This document shows positions 50,354-60,455 of a DNA stretch of 64,000 bases, one piece after another (position 1 is the stretch's first letter; each line of letters begins with the position of its first letter). The notes under the pieces are model-generated. The model did no database searches. It was not told the DNA's origin and saw only the letters and a program-made list of their open reading frames with translations. The stretch is from an uncultured virus (IMG/VR IMGVR_UViG_3300032084_002349). Taxonomy: Duplodnaviria > Heunggongvirae > Uroviricota > Caudoviricetes. The stretch spans positions 1-64,000 of the IMG/VR virus record IMGVR_UViG_3300032084_002349, one strand, 5' to 3'. The position numbers and the translations under genes are program-made.

Positions 50354-50551
50354 ATGAGTGATAATACCAAGTTTAGAGTTACTCAGGATTCTGAAACTAA
50401 AAAAACAATATTAGAAGTTTGGAGAAAGTTTGGAGAAAACAAAGACGATTGGGTATTGTATGAAAAGTTGGAAGATATATCAGTATCAGAATTAAAAGAA
50501 TTAAGAAATTTTTTAATTAATCTTTTCATAAAATCGAAAAAGGAAAAGTAA
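50354..50551 (+). CDS. Small hypothetical protein
   Basis: AGGAGG RBS, upstream GGTGTAT; resembles 53631-53834. Confidence 0.6.
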   Translation: MSDNTKFRVTQDSETKKTILEVWRKFGENKDDWVLYEKLEDISVSELKELRNFLINLFIKSKKEK

Positions 50552-51181
50552 ATGGATTTTGATGCGATGTGGCATATCCACAACACGTTTAAAATTACCC
50601 AAGAAATTAACCCCAGAAACAATGAAACTCCAGCATTAGGCCCAATATTTATATCCTTAGTTACTGGTTTAAAAGCCAAAAATATTCTTGAACTAGGCTG
50701 TAGAGATGGTGGTAGTACATTACCCCTAGTGCTTGGTGCAGAAATTACTGATGGCGAGGTATGCTCTGTAGATAAAAATATCCCTCAATTTCGTCATATT
50801 GGAGGGCGTTTACCTAATAACTTATTACTTTATTGGATTTTTCATCAAAAAGATAGTTTAAAATTTTTAGAAGAATCAGTTGAAAATAAAGATATTTACG
50901 ATATCGTACTTGTAGATGACTGGCACAGTTCAGATCATGTATTTAAAGAATTATGTTTAATAGATCAAATTATTAATAATAAATCTTTAGTTTTGCTACA
51001 CGATACTATGCATACTAATAATCAACCGGAATACAACCGAAACAATTATCCTCCCAACCATGAATTTGGAGGTAATGGTGTTTACGGTGGTTTATTGAAA
51101 TTTATGGAGATATATGGAGATTCTTACGAATATAGTACATTACCAATTAGTCATGGTTTAACTATATTAAGGAAGATATAA
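50552..51181 (+). CDS. Class I SAM-dependent methyltransferase (Methyltransf_24-like)
   Basis: ILELGCRDGGS...DIVLVDDWH...LLHDT. Confidence 0.85.
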   Translation: MDFDAMWHIHNTFKITQEINPRNNETPALGPIFISLVTGLKAKNILELGCRDGGSTLPLVLGAEITDGEVCSVDKNIPQFRHIGGRLPNNLLLYWIFHQKDSLKFLEESVENKDIYDIVLVDDWHSSDHVFKELCLIDQIINNKSLVLLHDTMHTNNQPEYNRNNYPPNHEFGGNGVYGGLLKFMEIYGDSYEYSTLPISHGLTILRKI

Positions 51182-51903
51182 TGAACTGTGCTTTTTTGTT
51201 TAGTGGTCAAATGAGAGGCTTTGCATATGCACTACCAGAAATACACAACAAACTTTTTTCACAGTTTGATGGATTTGATACATATTTCTACATACCTGAT
51301 GAGGATTTAACCGAAATAAACGTATCCTCTCTTCAAAAATTAAAACCAAACGTCTTATGTTTTGAAAAAGACTCTATGAAAAATTCAGAAACTAAAGATA
51401 TAAGTCACAAAAATGGCATAACTTTTAGCAAACCCAAGATAGAAAAAAACGAATATATTTTAAAAAACAGAATGGAACATTATATACTACAATGGTATGG
51501 TGTTTATCGCTGTTTTCAATTATTTCAAGAGTATGTTAAAATTAATAATATTAAATATGATTTAGTATGTAGATTAAGATGTGATCATATACCGTGGGAA
51601 AATTTTCCGATTGATAAAATAAATAAAGACACGTTAAATATTCCTCTATGTCATAATAAAACTAATATTAAAGATTATTTAGGAGGTGTGTATGACAGGT
51701 TTGCTATTGGCCCAATAGAAACAATTAAAATATATTGTGAAAAGTATTTAAGTATTTTAAAAGACAACATTGGTAATGGTAACTCAGAGTTAAGGCTTTT
51801 AGAGCATTTAAAACAAAACAATATTGATAGAAGTAAAATTAATAGATTGTGTTATTTGCACGATAGACTAAACAACGATGGAACAGTACAATCTGATAGA
51901 TAA
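51181..51903 (+). CDS. Glycosyltransferase-like protein
   Basis: AFLFSGQMR...YDLVCRLRCD...DRFAIG. Confidence 0.6.
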   Translation: MNCAFLFSGQMRGFAYALPEIHNKLFSQFDGFDTYFYIPDEDLTEINVSSLQKLKPNVLCFEKDSMKNSETKDISHKNGITFSKPKIEKNEYILKNRMEHYILQWYGVYRCFQLFQEYVKINNIKYDLVCRLRCDHIPWENFPIDKINKDTLNIPLCHNKTNIKDYLGGVYDRFAIGPIETIKIYCEKYLSILKDNIGNGNSELRLLEHLKQNNIDRSKINRLCYLHDRLNNDGTVQSDR

Positions 51904-52746
51904 ATGATTTATATTTATAAAGATAATTTTGCTTCCAGAGGTTTGTTTGCATATTTTTGGACTGTCGTAGATGCTTTTAAATATTTAAAAAATTCAGAAG
52001 ATGCTTTATATATTTCTTTAATTAATACCACGCCTTATTACGACACTAATTATAATAAAACCAACAATGTTTGGGAATATTATTTTCAACAACCTTTTTT
52101 AGATGTAGATATATCTTCCGAGACAACCTCCGATATTATAGTTAATCAAAATTTCGTCAATAACCTAATGTTCACTGTAAAAAATGGTAGATATGTTTTA
52201 GATAAAGATCAAGATGTTATACATTTTGCCAAGACAATAATTGACAAATATATTAAAATCCAGCCTCATATACAACACAAATTAGATATTTTACATCAAA
52301 CATTATTCAGTCAATACAAAGTAATTGGTATACATATTAGAAATGGGGAACATTACGCCAATAATAACAGAGGACATGGTAGACATCAACAATATTTGAT
52401 GGACAACGAATACTATGTTAAAACTATTAAATCTTACATAGACGATTACGATAAAGTTTATGTAATGTCTAATGATAAAGAACCCAGAGATTATATTAGA
52501 AAATATTTCGGTAATAGTATTATATTCTATGATCATCCATATATATCGGATAAAAATAATATTGATACTACTTGGCTTTTTAATAACAATAATTATGATA
52601 AAGGTGAAGCGGCTGTTTTAGAGGCTTTGCTGATGAGTAAATGTCATCATAAATTATTGGTTAATAGTAATTTAGGATTCTTTAGTGCTTTATACTCTAA
52701 TAGTCCTTATACCATGATAGATAAACATATAAGGTATGTAGCATAA
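51904..52746 (+). CDS. Fucosyltransferase-like protein (NodZ/O-FucT type)
   Basis: IGIHIRNG, VYVMSN, EALLMSKC...SN motifs. Confidence 0.7.
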   Translation: MIYIYKDNFASRGLFAYFWTVVDAFKYLKNSEDALYISLINTTPYYDTNYNKTNNVWEYYFQQPFLDVDISSETTSDIIVNQNFVNNLMFTVKNGRYVLDKDQDVIHFAKTIIDKYIKIQPHIQHKLDILHQTLFSQYKVIGIHIRNGEHYANNNRGHGRHQQYLMDNEYYVKTIKSYIDDYDKVYVMSNDKEPRDYIRKYFGNSIIFYDHPYISDKNNIDTTWLFNNNNYDKGEAAVLEALLMSKCHHKLLVNSNLGFFSALYSNSPYTMIDKHIRYVA

Positions 52747-53573
52747 TGACAAGTTTAATTATAGGATCATCTGGTCAAATAGGCAACCATCTAACTTCTT
52801 TCTTAAAAAACAAACAAGAAAAAGTTTTAGAATTTGATATTAGTATTACTCACAACCATGATTTACGAATACCAAATAATACAATCTTAGAAGACTACAT
52901 ATGTAAAAGTGATTTTATATATTTTTTAGCGTTTGATGTTGGTGGTTCAAGATATTTAAAAGAATATCAAAATGATCCAAAATTTGTTTCCAATAATATG
53001 AGAATCATAGAAAATACTATGAGTCTTATAGGAAGACATGCGAAACCTTTTATATTTGCTTCCTCTCAAATGTCCAACATGGAACAATCGACCTATGGCG
53101 CATTAAAAAACATAGGGGAAATTTATACAAAATTATTGGGTGGTTTAGTTGTTAAGTTTTGGAATGTTTACGGAATAGAAAAAGATGCAAACAAATTCCA
53201 TGTAATAACAGACTTTATATTAAAAGCAATTAATAATGGCGTTATTGATATGTTAACAGATGGTGAGGAATCTAGGCAGTTTTTACACGCAGATGATTGT
53301 AGTAATTGTTTAAGTATACTGGCTGAACAGTTTCATAGTCTAGACAAGACTAAGCCCTATCATATAACTAGTTTTGAATGGGTGAAAATAATAGATATTG
53401 CTAAACTGATTAGCAATAAAACAAATTGTGATATAGTAAAGGACACGCAAACAGATGAAGTACAATTTAATAAACTAAATCCTCCAGATGAATACATAAT
53501 GAACTTCTGGCATCCTCAAATCACTATAAAAAAAGGTATTGACGACATATTAAAATACTATACGAATAATTAA
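52746..53573 (+). CDS. NAD-dependent epimerase/dehydratase
   Basis: GSSGQIG, FASS, YGALK, FWNVYG, RQFLHADD. Confidence 0.9.
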   Translation: MTSLIIGSSGQIGNHLTSFLKNKQEKVLEFDISITHNHDLRIPNNTILEDYICKSDFIYFLAFDVGGSRYLKEYQNDPKFVSNNMRIIENTMSLIGRHAKPFIFASSQMSNMEQSTYGALKNIGEIYTKLLGGLVVKFWNVYGIEKDANKFHVITDFILKAINNGVIDMLTDGEESRQFLHADDCSNCLSILAEQFHSLDKTKPYHITSFEWVKIIDIAKLISNKTNCDIVKDTQTDEVQFNKLNPPDEYIMNFWHPQITIKKGIDDILKYYTNN

Positions 53574-53630
53574 ATATAAAGGTGTATACAAACTGTATTA
53601 TTTTTACATTGTAGAACCGGATTATTAATT

Positions 53631-53834
53631 ATGTTACCTAAAACAGTAGATTTCAAAATACAAGAAAATATACATAAGGATATACACTCTATTCAATTTT
53701 ACAGAGTTTATAAAACAGAAGAAGGCGAAGAAAAAACTGGATATATTGACAGTTTCAGTCCGATGAGTAAAATAGAACTTCATGCCTTAAAAAATTTCCT
53801 TCAGGAGTATTTGCATAAAAATGACTGGTATTAA
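53631..53834 (+). CDS. Small hypothetical protein
   Basis: Upstream GGTGTAT; resembles 50354-50551. Confidence 0.55.
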   Translation: MLPKTVDFKIQENIHKDIHSIQFYRVYKTEEGEEKTGYIDSFSPMSKIELHALKNFLQEYLHKNDWY

Positions 53835-54195
53835 TATTCAGTGTCCTTGGGCAGAAAATTTAATTATTGGAAATAAATGTGTGGAAACGAGAAGTTACCC
53901 CCTGCCAGAGAAATATGAGGGCGAAGAACTAGCCTTAATAGAAACTCCCGGCAAGACAGGGAATTTCAAGGCTAGGATCATTGGTATAGTTACTTTCTCT
54001 CATAGTTTTCAATATAAAGATGAAAATGAGTGGCGTGATGATTATAACCGTCATCTTGTACCAGATAATGATATGTCGTATAAATGGGACGATAAAAACA
54101 AATATGGGTGGGTTGTTAGTGATGTGGTTAAATTCCCTAAGCCTCAACCAGCACCACAAAACAAAGGAATAATTTTTACAAAGAATTGTCTGTAA
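53821..54195 (+). CDS. ASCH domain protein
   Basis: INIQCPWA...GNKCVETRSY. Confidence 0.85.
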   Translation: MTGINIQCPWAENLIIGNKCVETRSYPLPEKYEGEELALIETPGKTGNFKARIIGIVTFSHSFQYKDENEWRDDYNRHLVPDNDMSYKWDDKNKYGWVVSDVVKFPKPQPAPQNKGIIFTKNCL

Positions 54196-54215
54196 TAAAA
54201 ATATAAGGATGTAAT

Positions 54216-54404
54216 ATGTATATTGTTGTTACTAGCAACATGAGTAAATACGCTATTGAATTAAAAAATTTTCGTATTGGTGATAGAGATGATAGAATAT
54301 TCGGGCCTTTTGAAGAAAAATACATGGCAGAAGAATGGGTGGATAATCATTGTGGCAGTAAGTACTGGACAATTATTAAATTAAATGACAAATGCATTAA
54401 CTAG
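54216..54404 (+). CDS. Hypothetical protein
   Basis: 62 aa, RBS. Confidence 0.5.
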   Translation: MYIVVTSNMSKYAIELKNFRIGDRDDRIFGPFEEKYMAEEWVDNHCGSKYWTIIKLNDKCIN

Positions 54405-54498
54405 AGAATTATTATTATCGAGAAAAGAGTGTTGTGGTAGTGGATGCAGGAATTGTCCATATATACCTAAACATAAGAAAGGTAGTATAAAAACATAG
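54385..54498 (+). CDS. Tiny Cys-rich protein (DUF5522-like)
   Basis: Hand-translated RKECCGSGCRNCPY. Confidence 0.6.
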   Translation: MTNALTRELLLSRKECCGSGCRNCPYIPKHKKGSIKT

Positions 54499-54538
54499 TA
54501 CGGTGTATTTCAATATACCAATTTAGGAGGTATCACAC

Positions 54539-56911
54539 ATGAGGTCGTCCTGTATTATCTTTGTGTTATTATCTGGATCATTATTTGCCCAAGACAACGG
54601 TATAAAGTTTTTTGAACAAAATATTAAGCCAGTTTTGACCACTCAATGTTATTCTTGTCACTCTTCCAATTCTAAAGATGTAAAGGGTGGATTGTCTGTA
54701 GATACTAGGCAAGGCATATTAAACGGTGGTGATTCTGGCCCATCAGTTGTTCCCGGTAAGATAGATGAGAGTTTGTTATTAGATTATATTGAGTCTGGTG
54801 ATATGCCTCCAGATAATCCTCTCAGCGAAGAAGTTGTCAATAATTTTAGACAATGGATTAAAATGGGTATGCCTGACCCAAGATATAAGCATGAGAATAG
54901 GGCAGTAGAATTAAAGCAGGCTAGAAATTTCTGGGCATTTAAAAAGGTTGCGAGACCTCCTGTAGCCAAATACGATGATGGTACAGAGATAGATGCTATA
55001 TTAAATTTAGAAATAGAAAAGAACAAACTAAAACCAGTAGAGGCAGCAGACGATTATACTATTGTTCGCAGACTTTATTTTGACCTGATTGGTTTGCCAC
55101 CAAGTATTGAACAAATAAAAGGCTATACTGATGATACTTCAGAAGATAAGTATGAAAAGTTAGTTGATAGTTTATTGCAAGATGAGGGGTTTGGAGAGAA
55201 ATGGGGACGACACTGGCTTGATGTGGCAAGGTACGCAGAATCATCTGGGCAAGATAGGAATTTAATTAGTCCTTATGCTTGGAGATATAGAGATTATGTT
55301 ATAGATAGTTTTAATCAAGACAAACCATACGATCAATTTATCAAAGAACAAATCGCTGGTGATCTACTACCACATAAAAGTTATGAAGAATATAACAATA
55401 ACAGGATCGCTACAGGATTTTTAACTATAGGTACTAAAAATATACAGGCACAAACCAAACAGTTTGAGGCAGATCGTAATGACGATCAGATAGATGTAAT
55501 CACTAGGGGTTTTCTAGGTATGACTTTAAGTTGTGCTAGATGCCATGATCATAAGTTTGATCCATTTTCTCAGCAAGACTATTATGGTGTTGCTGGGGTG
55601 TTTAATAATACAGAAAATATGGATGGTTTGTATCGGGGAAATAATAATACTGGATATCTTGGAAACTATGATTATCTTGTGACAAAAGAAACAGAAGATT
55701 TATATAAGAAGAAAAAAATAGAGGAATGGTTTTTATTATGTGATATTAAAAATTTACAGACACAAATAGATTCTATTAAAACATGGAATAAAAGAGCAAC
55801 AGAACAACAATTAGATAAAGAATTAGGAAAAAGAGAAAAACAACTAACAGAAAAGATGAATAAACTAAAAGAGATTACTGGCAAGGAAGAATTTCCTACG
55901 CTAGAATATCTTGAGCCGGTTATGTCTGTTAAAGATAAAGAAAAAATGAGCGAGGTTAAGTTAGCGATCAGAGGAGAGGTAAATAATCTGGGTGATGAAG
56001 TACCTAGAAGATTACCAGAAATATTTAGCGATAGACCTAATCTTAATTTTGATAATACCAGTGGACGATATGAGTTTGCGGAATGGATAACGCATAAAAC
56101 TAATCCATTAACTTATAGGGTTCATGTTAATAGGGTATGGAGACATTTGTTTGGTAAAGGTATACTGGATAGTTTTGATAATTTTGGTATACTTGGTGGA
56201 GAGCCTACTAATCTTAAACTTATGAACTATTTATCCACTAAATTTATTACTGGTAGACTATCAAATAAAAGACTTATAAAAACTATTGTAATGAGCAATG
56301 CTTATAGGCGTAGTAGTAAGTTTGATAAAAATAATTATGAGATTGATCCTGACAATATTTATTTCTGGAGAATGAATGAGAAAAGATTAGAGGCTGAACA
56401 AATTAGGGATTCATTATTATTTGTATCAGGTAAACTAGACGGGTCGCATAAAAATGTAAGTGATTTTCAAACAGGTATAAAAAATCCTAGTAAAGAATTA
56501 AGAAAGTATATTGGAGAAACAAGAGCAAGATCAATTTATATTCCATCGTTAAGAGATAATAAGATTGAGGTGCTGGATATATTTGATAGACCAGATAATA
56601 GTTTGCTTAATGCAGAGAGAAGCGTTACGACAGTTTCTACACAAGCGTTATTTCTAATGAATAATCCTAAGATTATAGCATTGGCACAAGAAGAAGCCAA
56701 AGTATTGATTGAACATAATAAAAAGATGGGTAAAACCATGCCCAGTATATTATATCGCAACAACATAAATAAAATATTTCTAAAGTTTTTAGGTCGTCCA
56801 CCGACAGAGCAAGAGAATAAAAAATCTATAGAGTTTATTAAACAAGATAGCGATCTTGCCAAACTTATTCAAATAATAATCTGTACAGGAGAATTTAGAA
56901 ATATTAAATGA
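54539..56911 (+). CDS. Planctomycete cytochrome c + DUF1549 (PSCyt2) + DUF1553 (PSD1) protein
   Basis: Signal peptide, heme motifs CYSCH and CARCHDHKFDP, RRLYFDLIGLPP, WGRHWLDVARYAES, NPLTYRVHVNRVW. Confidence 0.92.
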   Translation: MRSSCIIFVLLSGSLFAQDNGIKFFEQNIKPVLTTQCYSCHSSNSKDVKGGLSVDTRQGILNGGDSGPSVVPGKIDESLLLDYIESGDMPPDNPLSEEVVNNFRQWIKMGMPDPRYKHENRAVELKQARNFWAFKKVARPPVAKYDDGTEIDAILNLEIEKNKLKPVEAADDYTIVRRLYFDLIGLPPSIEQIKGYTDDTSEDKYEKLVDSLLQDEGFGEKWGRHWLDVARYAESSGQDRNLISPYAWRYRDYVIDSFNQDKPYDQFIKEQIAGDLLPHKSYEEYNNNRIATGFLTIGTKNIQAQTKQFEADRNDDQIDVITRGFLGMTLSCARCHDHKFDPFSQQDYYGVAGVFNNTENMDGLYRGNNNTGYLGNYDYLVTKETEDLYKKKKIEEWFLLCDIKNLQTQIDSIKTWNKRATEQQLDKELGKREKQLTEKMNKLKEITGKEEFPTLEYLEPVMSVKDKEKMSEVKLAIRGEVNNLGDEVPRRLPEIFSDRPNLNFDNTSGRYEFAEWITHKTNPLTYRVHVNRVWRHLFGKGILDSFDNFGILGGEPTNLKLMNYLSTKFITGRLSNKRLIKTIVMSNAYRRSSKFDKNNYEIDPDNIYFWRMNEKRLEAEQIRDSLLFVSGKLDGSHKNVSDFQTGIKNPSKELRKYIGETRARSIYIPSLRDNKIEVLDIFDRPDNSLLNAERSVTTVSTQALFLMNNPKIIALAQEEAKVLIEHNKKMGKTMPSILYRNNINKIFLKFLGRPPTEQENKKSIEFIKQDSDLAKLIQIIICTGEFRNIK

Positions 56912-57531
56912 AGTATATTAAAACAAAATTTATGATAACTTCATCACAAAAAAATAAATATTTGTGGTTCAGGGTTGCGAAAGCAGCAACAACAACGATT
57001 CTTTCCCACTTATGCCAACATACTAAAATAAGTTTTTGTAATAGAATTAATATATATCAGAACGATGAAAATGTTTGGCAGGAATATCTGCTATGGAAAA
57101 ACCGAATGTATTCTGATAATTATTTTAAATTTGCTTTTGTTAGAAACCCTTGGGATAGATTAGTTAGTTGTTATTTTAATAAAATGGAGGATGGTTATGA
57201 GAACTTCAATAAGAATAACTTTAAAACATTTGATAAGTTTATACATTATATAAGAAATGTAAAGACTAAGACATGCGATAGACATTATAGGTTACAAACA
57301 GAATTGTATCCTATTGATCAAATAGATTTTGTAGGTCGTTTTGAAAATTTTGCAAATGATCTTGGTTTTGTGTGTGATGCAATAGGTATGCCCAAACGTA
57401 AGAAATTTAAAACAATGCACAAATCCAAACACAGACCATATCAAGAATATTATAATGAGGAAACTCAACAAATAGTTAAAGACAAATATGAACAAGATAT
57501 AGAATTATTAAACTATAAATTCGGAGAGTAA
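56908..57531 (+). CDS. Sulfotransferase family 2 protein
   Basis: RVAKAATTTI; FVRNPWDRLVSCY. Confidence 0.88.
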   Translation: MKYIKTKFMITSSQKNKYLWFRVAKAATTTILSHLCQHTKISFCNRINIYQNDENVWQEYLLWKNRMYSDNYFKFAFVRNPWDRLVSCYFNKMEDGYENFNKNNFKTFDKFIHYIRNVKTKTCDRHYRLQTELYPIDQIDFVGRFENFANDLGFVCDAIGMPKRKKFKTMHKSKHRPYQEYYNEETQQIVKDKYEQDIELLNYKFGE

Positions 57532-57533
57532 AT

Positions 57534-58829
57534 ATGTTAAATAGAAGAAGTTTATTACAAGCCAGTAGTTTTGGTTTCGGTATGTTAGCATTAAAAGGAT
57601 TAATGGCAGAAGAGGCTATGAAAAGTAATAAGAGAGTTATATTCATGTATATGAATGGTGGTATGACTCATACTGATACTTTTGATCATAAGCCTTTAAT
57701 GGTAGAAAAAGCAGGTATAGATGATCCTGTAAGTAAAGGTAGAAAGATTATGAAACCGGGAGTGCCTTTAACTCCAGCAGGAGATAGCGGCATAGAAATT
57801 AGCGAGAACTTCCCACACTTGCGTAAACATGCAGATGATTTATGTCTGTTGAATGGTATGAAGAGTAAAACAGGTAATCATAATCAAGCAAGAAGTTTAT
57901 TACATACCGGGAATTTTCAATTCAGTAGACCTAGTATGGGTAGTTGGTTATTGTATGGATTAGGCACAGAGAATAAAGAGTTGCCGGGGTTTATAACTAT
58001 AGATGCTAACATTGGGCCTGATAATTATGGTAGTTCATTCTTACCAGCAGTATATCAAGGCACTGCTATTAATGCTGGTAGTAAAAGTGCTATACCTAAT
58101 CTTGTAAATACATCTACAACTAAAGACAGACAAAGAAAAGATTTAGATTTATTAAGAGACTTTAACCAGATGCACCTAAAAGATGGTGCAGAAAATGGTA
58201 GACTAGAAGGATTGATTGAGAGTTATGAGTTGGCTTTTAGGATGCAGACAAGTGTTCCTAATACTATTGATATATCAAAAGAATCGCAACAAACCTTACA
58301 GAAGTATGGTATCAATGATAAAGCCACTGCTAAATTTGGCAAACAGTGTTTATTAGCAAAGAAATTTAGTGAAGCAGGAGTTAGATTCGTAGAGATTGGT
58401 CATGGTGGATGGGATATGCACCAGAACATTAATGATAATTTAAAAAAGAATACTTCTGCTATTGATAAACCTATCGCTGCTTTGATCCAAGACTTAAAAG
58501 ATTCTGGATTATTTGAAGATACAATTATATTATTTGGAAGTGAGTTTGGCAGAACTCCCGGTATAAAAGAAGGAGCAACAGGTAGAGATCATAATAATAG
58601 TGGATTTTCTATGTGGATGGCAGGTGGTGGTGTTAAAGGTGGTATGAGATATGGTTCTACTGATGATTTTGGGCATAAAGCAGTGGATGGTATGGACATG
58701 CATGATTTACATGCTACTATATTACATCTAATGGGTATTGACCATAGTAAATTAACATATAGATATAGTGGTAGAGACTTTAGACTAACTGATGTATTTG
58801 GTAACATTCAACACGATATTATAGCATAA
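57534..58829 (+). CDS. DUF1501 family protein (Tat-exported)
   Basis: LNRRSLL twin-Arg signal, GGMTHTDTFD, GWDMH, SEFGRTP, GRDH, DLHATILHLMG. Confidence 0.92.
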   Translation: MLNRRSLLQASSFGFGMLALKGLMAEEAMKSNKRVIFMYMNGGMTHTDTFDHKPLMVEKAGIDDPVSKGRKIMKPGVPLTPAGDSGIEISENFPHLRKHADDLCLLNGMKSKTGNHNQARSLLHTGNFQFSRPSMGSWLLYGLGTENKELPGFITIDANIGPDNYGSSFLPAVYQGTAINAGSKSAIPNLVNTSTTKDRQRKDLDLLRDFNQMHLKDGAENGRLEGLIESYELAFRMQTSVPNTIDISKESQQTLQKYGINDKATAKFGKQCLLAKKFSEAGVRFVEIGHGGWDMHQNINDNLKKNTSAIDKPIAALIQDLKDSGLFEDTIILFGSEFGRTPGIKEGATGRDHNNSGFSMWMAGGGVKGGMRYGSTDDFGHKAVDGMDMHDLHATILHLMGIDHSKLTYRYSGRDFRLTDVFGNIQHDIIA

Positions 58830-59215
58830 TGGCAAACAAAAAACCAAGAAAAAAGATTCCTAAAGAATTAGCAATAATTCAAGCAGATAATTGTACTGGT
58901 TGTGAGGCTTGTTTAGAAGTATGTCCTGTTGATTGTATATTCCAGATAAAACAGGGAGTAACTCAATGGTGTGAGATTGATTTGTCTACTTGTATAGGTT
59001 GCGAACAATGTATTCATGTTCCCGGCGGTAAAGGTAAGAAATATGATCTTAAAGTCTGTCCTTGGGATGCTATCGAGATGGTTCCTACCGAAGAAATAGC
59101 ACAGGCACAGGCTGATATGGGTGGGCCAAAAGAATATATTGATGCAAATTGGGATAGGCTAGTAGATATTGCACAAAATATAGCAGATTTAAAAGGTAAA
59201 AAAAATGGTGTATAA
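58829..59215 (+). CDS. 4Fe-4S dicluster ferredoxin
   Basis: CTGCEACLEVCP and CIGCEQC...CPW. Confidence 0.9.
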   Translation: MANKKPRKKIPKELAIIQADNCTGCEACLEVCPVDCIFQIKQGVTQWCEIDLSTCIGCEQCIHVPGGKGKKYDLKVCPWDAIEMVPTEEIAQAQADMGGPKEYIDANWDRLVDIAQNIADLKGKKNGV

Positions 59216-59238
59216 CCATTTCTAATAAAGGAGATATT

Positions 59239-59685
59239 ATGAGAACTAACAAATTTCTAGAGGCGTTAAAAACAGTAGCAGATAAACCTGGGCCAAAAGA
59301 CCCACGAAGAACTCCTGCTCCTAAAAAAGATCAGAAAAAAGGTAGTAAGAAAAATAAACCTGATAGTGCCAAAGACGACAAAAGCAAGATTACGTTTAGT
59401 AAAAAGACTATAGATAAATTAAAGAATAAAGTTAGTGAACATAATGAAAAAATTAAAAAGAAGGGTAAAGGGAGTAAGGCTACATTAGGTATGTTAAAAG
59501 CAGTATACAGAAGAGGCGCTGGAGCGTATTCAACTTCTCACGCCCCTAAAATGAGTAGAGATGGTTGGGCTATGGCAAGAGTAAATGCTTTTCTTACAAT
59601 ACTCAGAACGGGAAGGCCATCAAATTCTGGCTATAAGCAAGACAATGACTTACTACCAAAAGGACATCCACGAAGCACCAAATAA
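59239..59685 (+). CDS. Basic viral protein (DUF5824-like)
   Basis: LKAVYRRGAGAY..SH...WAMARVNAFL. Confidence 0.6.
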   Translation: MRTNKFLEALKTVADKPGPKDPRRTPAPKKDQKKGSKKNKPDSAKDDKSKITFSKKTIDKLKNKVSEHNEKIKKKGKGSKATLGMLKAVYRRGAGAYSTSHAPKMSRDGWAMARVNAFLTILRTGRPSNSGYKQDNDLLPKGHPRSTK

Positions 59686-59692
59686 AACTTCT

Positions 59693-60379
59693 GTGGATAA
59701 AATATTTTTAATAAACCATCCTAAACTTATTGATAGGTTATATTTTCAAAAAAAACAATTTGAGAAATTTAAATTAAAATATCAAATTATTAATTCTATA
59801 AAATGTAATCATTTTACAAACTTTTATAATACGAATATCAAATCTTTATTTTTAACTCATTTAGAGATTCTTAAAAGTATTACAGATATAGATGAACTGT
59901 GCTTAATTTTAGAAGACGATGCCGAAATTTATGATATTGACGAAGTAAATAAGTATATAGATTATATACTGAAAAACAATTTGTCTCTGAATTGGGATAT
60001 GATATATTTTGATAAGCCTGTTTATTTTAATAAAGAAAGCCAAAATGCAAAATTAATCTCCGAAACTAAATTAGTTGATAATTATATTTATAAACCGGAG
60101 TGGCAATTACAAACACATGCATATATTATGAATCCAAAAATTATTAAAGATGTGGTTCAAACGCTAATAGACCATATAAATAATATGGAGAGTGGTGCGA
60201 TCAAAAAAGATCAAGGTCTTAAAAGACTAAGCCATATAGACCAAGTATATAAATATTACATTCATCCGAGACTAAATATATATACGCCTATAACCGACTT
60301 AATTGGTCAATGTGAAAATTTTGAGTCAACTTTAAATTATAAAAAAAATTCAAGTTGCCAGTTGACAAAAGACGAATAG
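59693..60379 (+). CDS. Glycosyltransferase family 25-like protein
   Basis: DKIFLIN, LTH, LILEDDA, THAYI; GTG start at 59693 preferred. Confidence 0.75.
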   Translation: MDKIFLINHPKLIDRLYFQKKQFEKFKLKYQIINSIKCNHFTNFYNTNIKSLFLTHLEILKSITDIDELCLILEDDAEIYDIDEVNKYIDYILKNNLSLNWDMIYFDKPVYFNKESQNAKLISETKLVDNYIYKPEWQLQTHAYIMNPKIIKDVVQTLIDHINNMESGAIKKDQGLKRLSHIDQVYKYYIHPRLNIYTPITDLIGQCENFESTLNYKKNSSCQLTKDE

Positions 60380-60455
60380 AGTTATATAATGGACAATATC
60401 ACTATTTTGTTGTTGTTTACTTTGGTCTATCTACTACTTTGGATAACGGATTTTA

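Noticed and set aside
54539..59215. Host chromosomal DNA or prophage boundary
   Set aside because: Composition matches the phage, the genes are coupled to phage-like ORFs on both sides, and no integrase is present
59585..59692. Extended N-terminus of the GT25-like ORF
   Set aside because: Overlaps the upstream gene by about 100 bp; the in-frame GTG at 59693 gives a typical start
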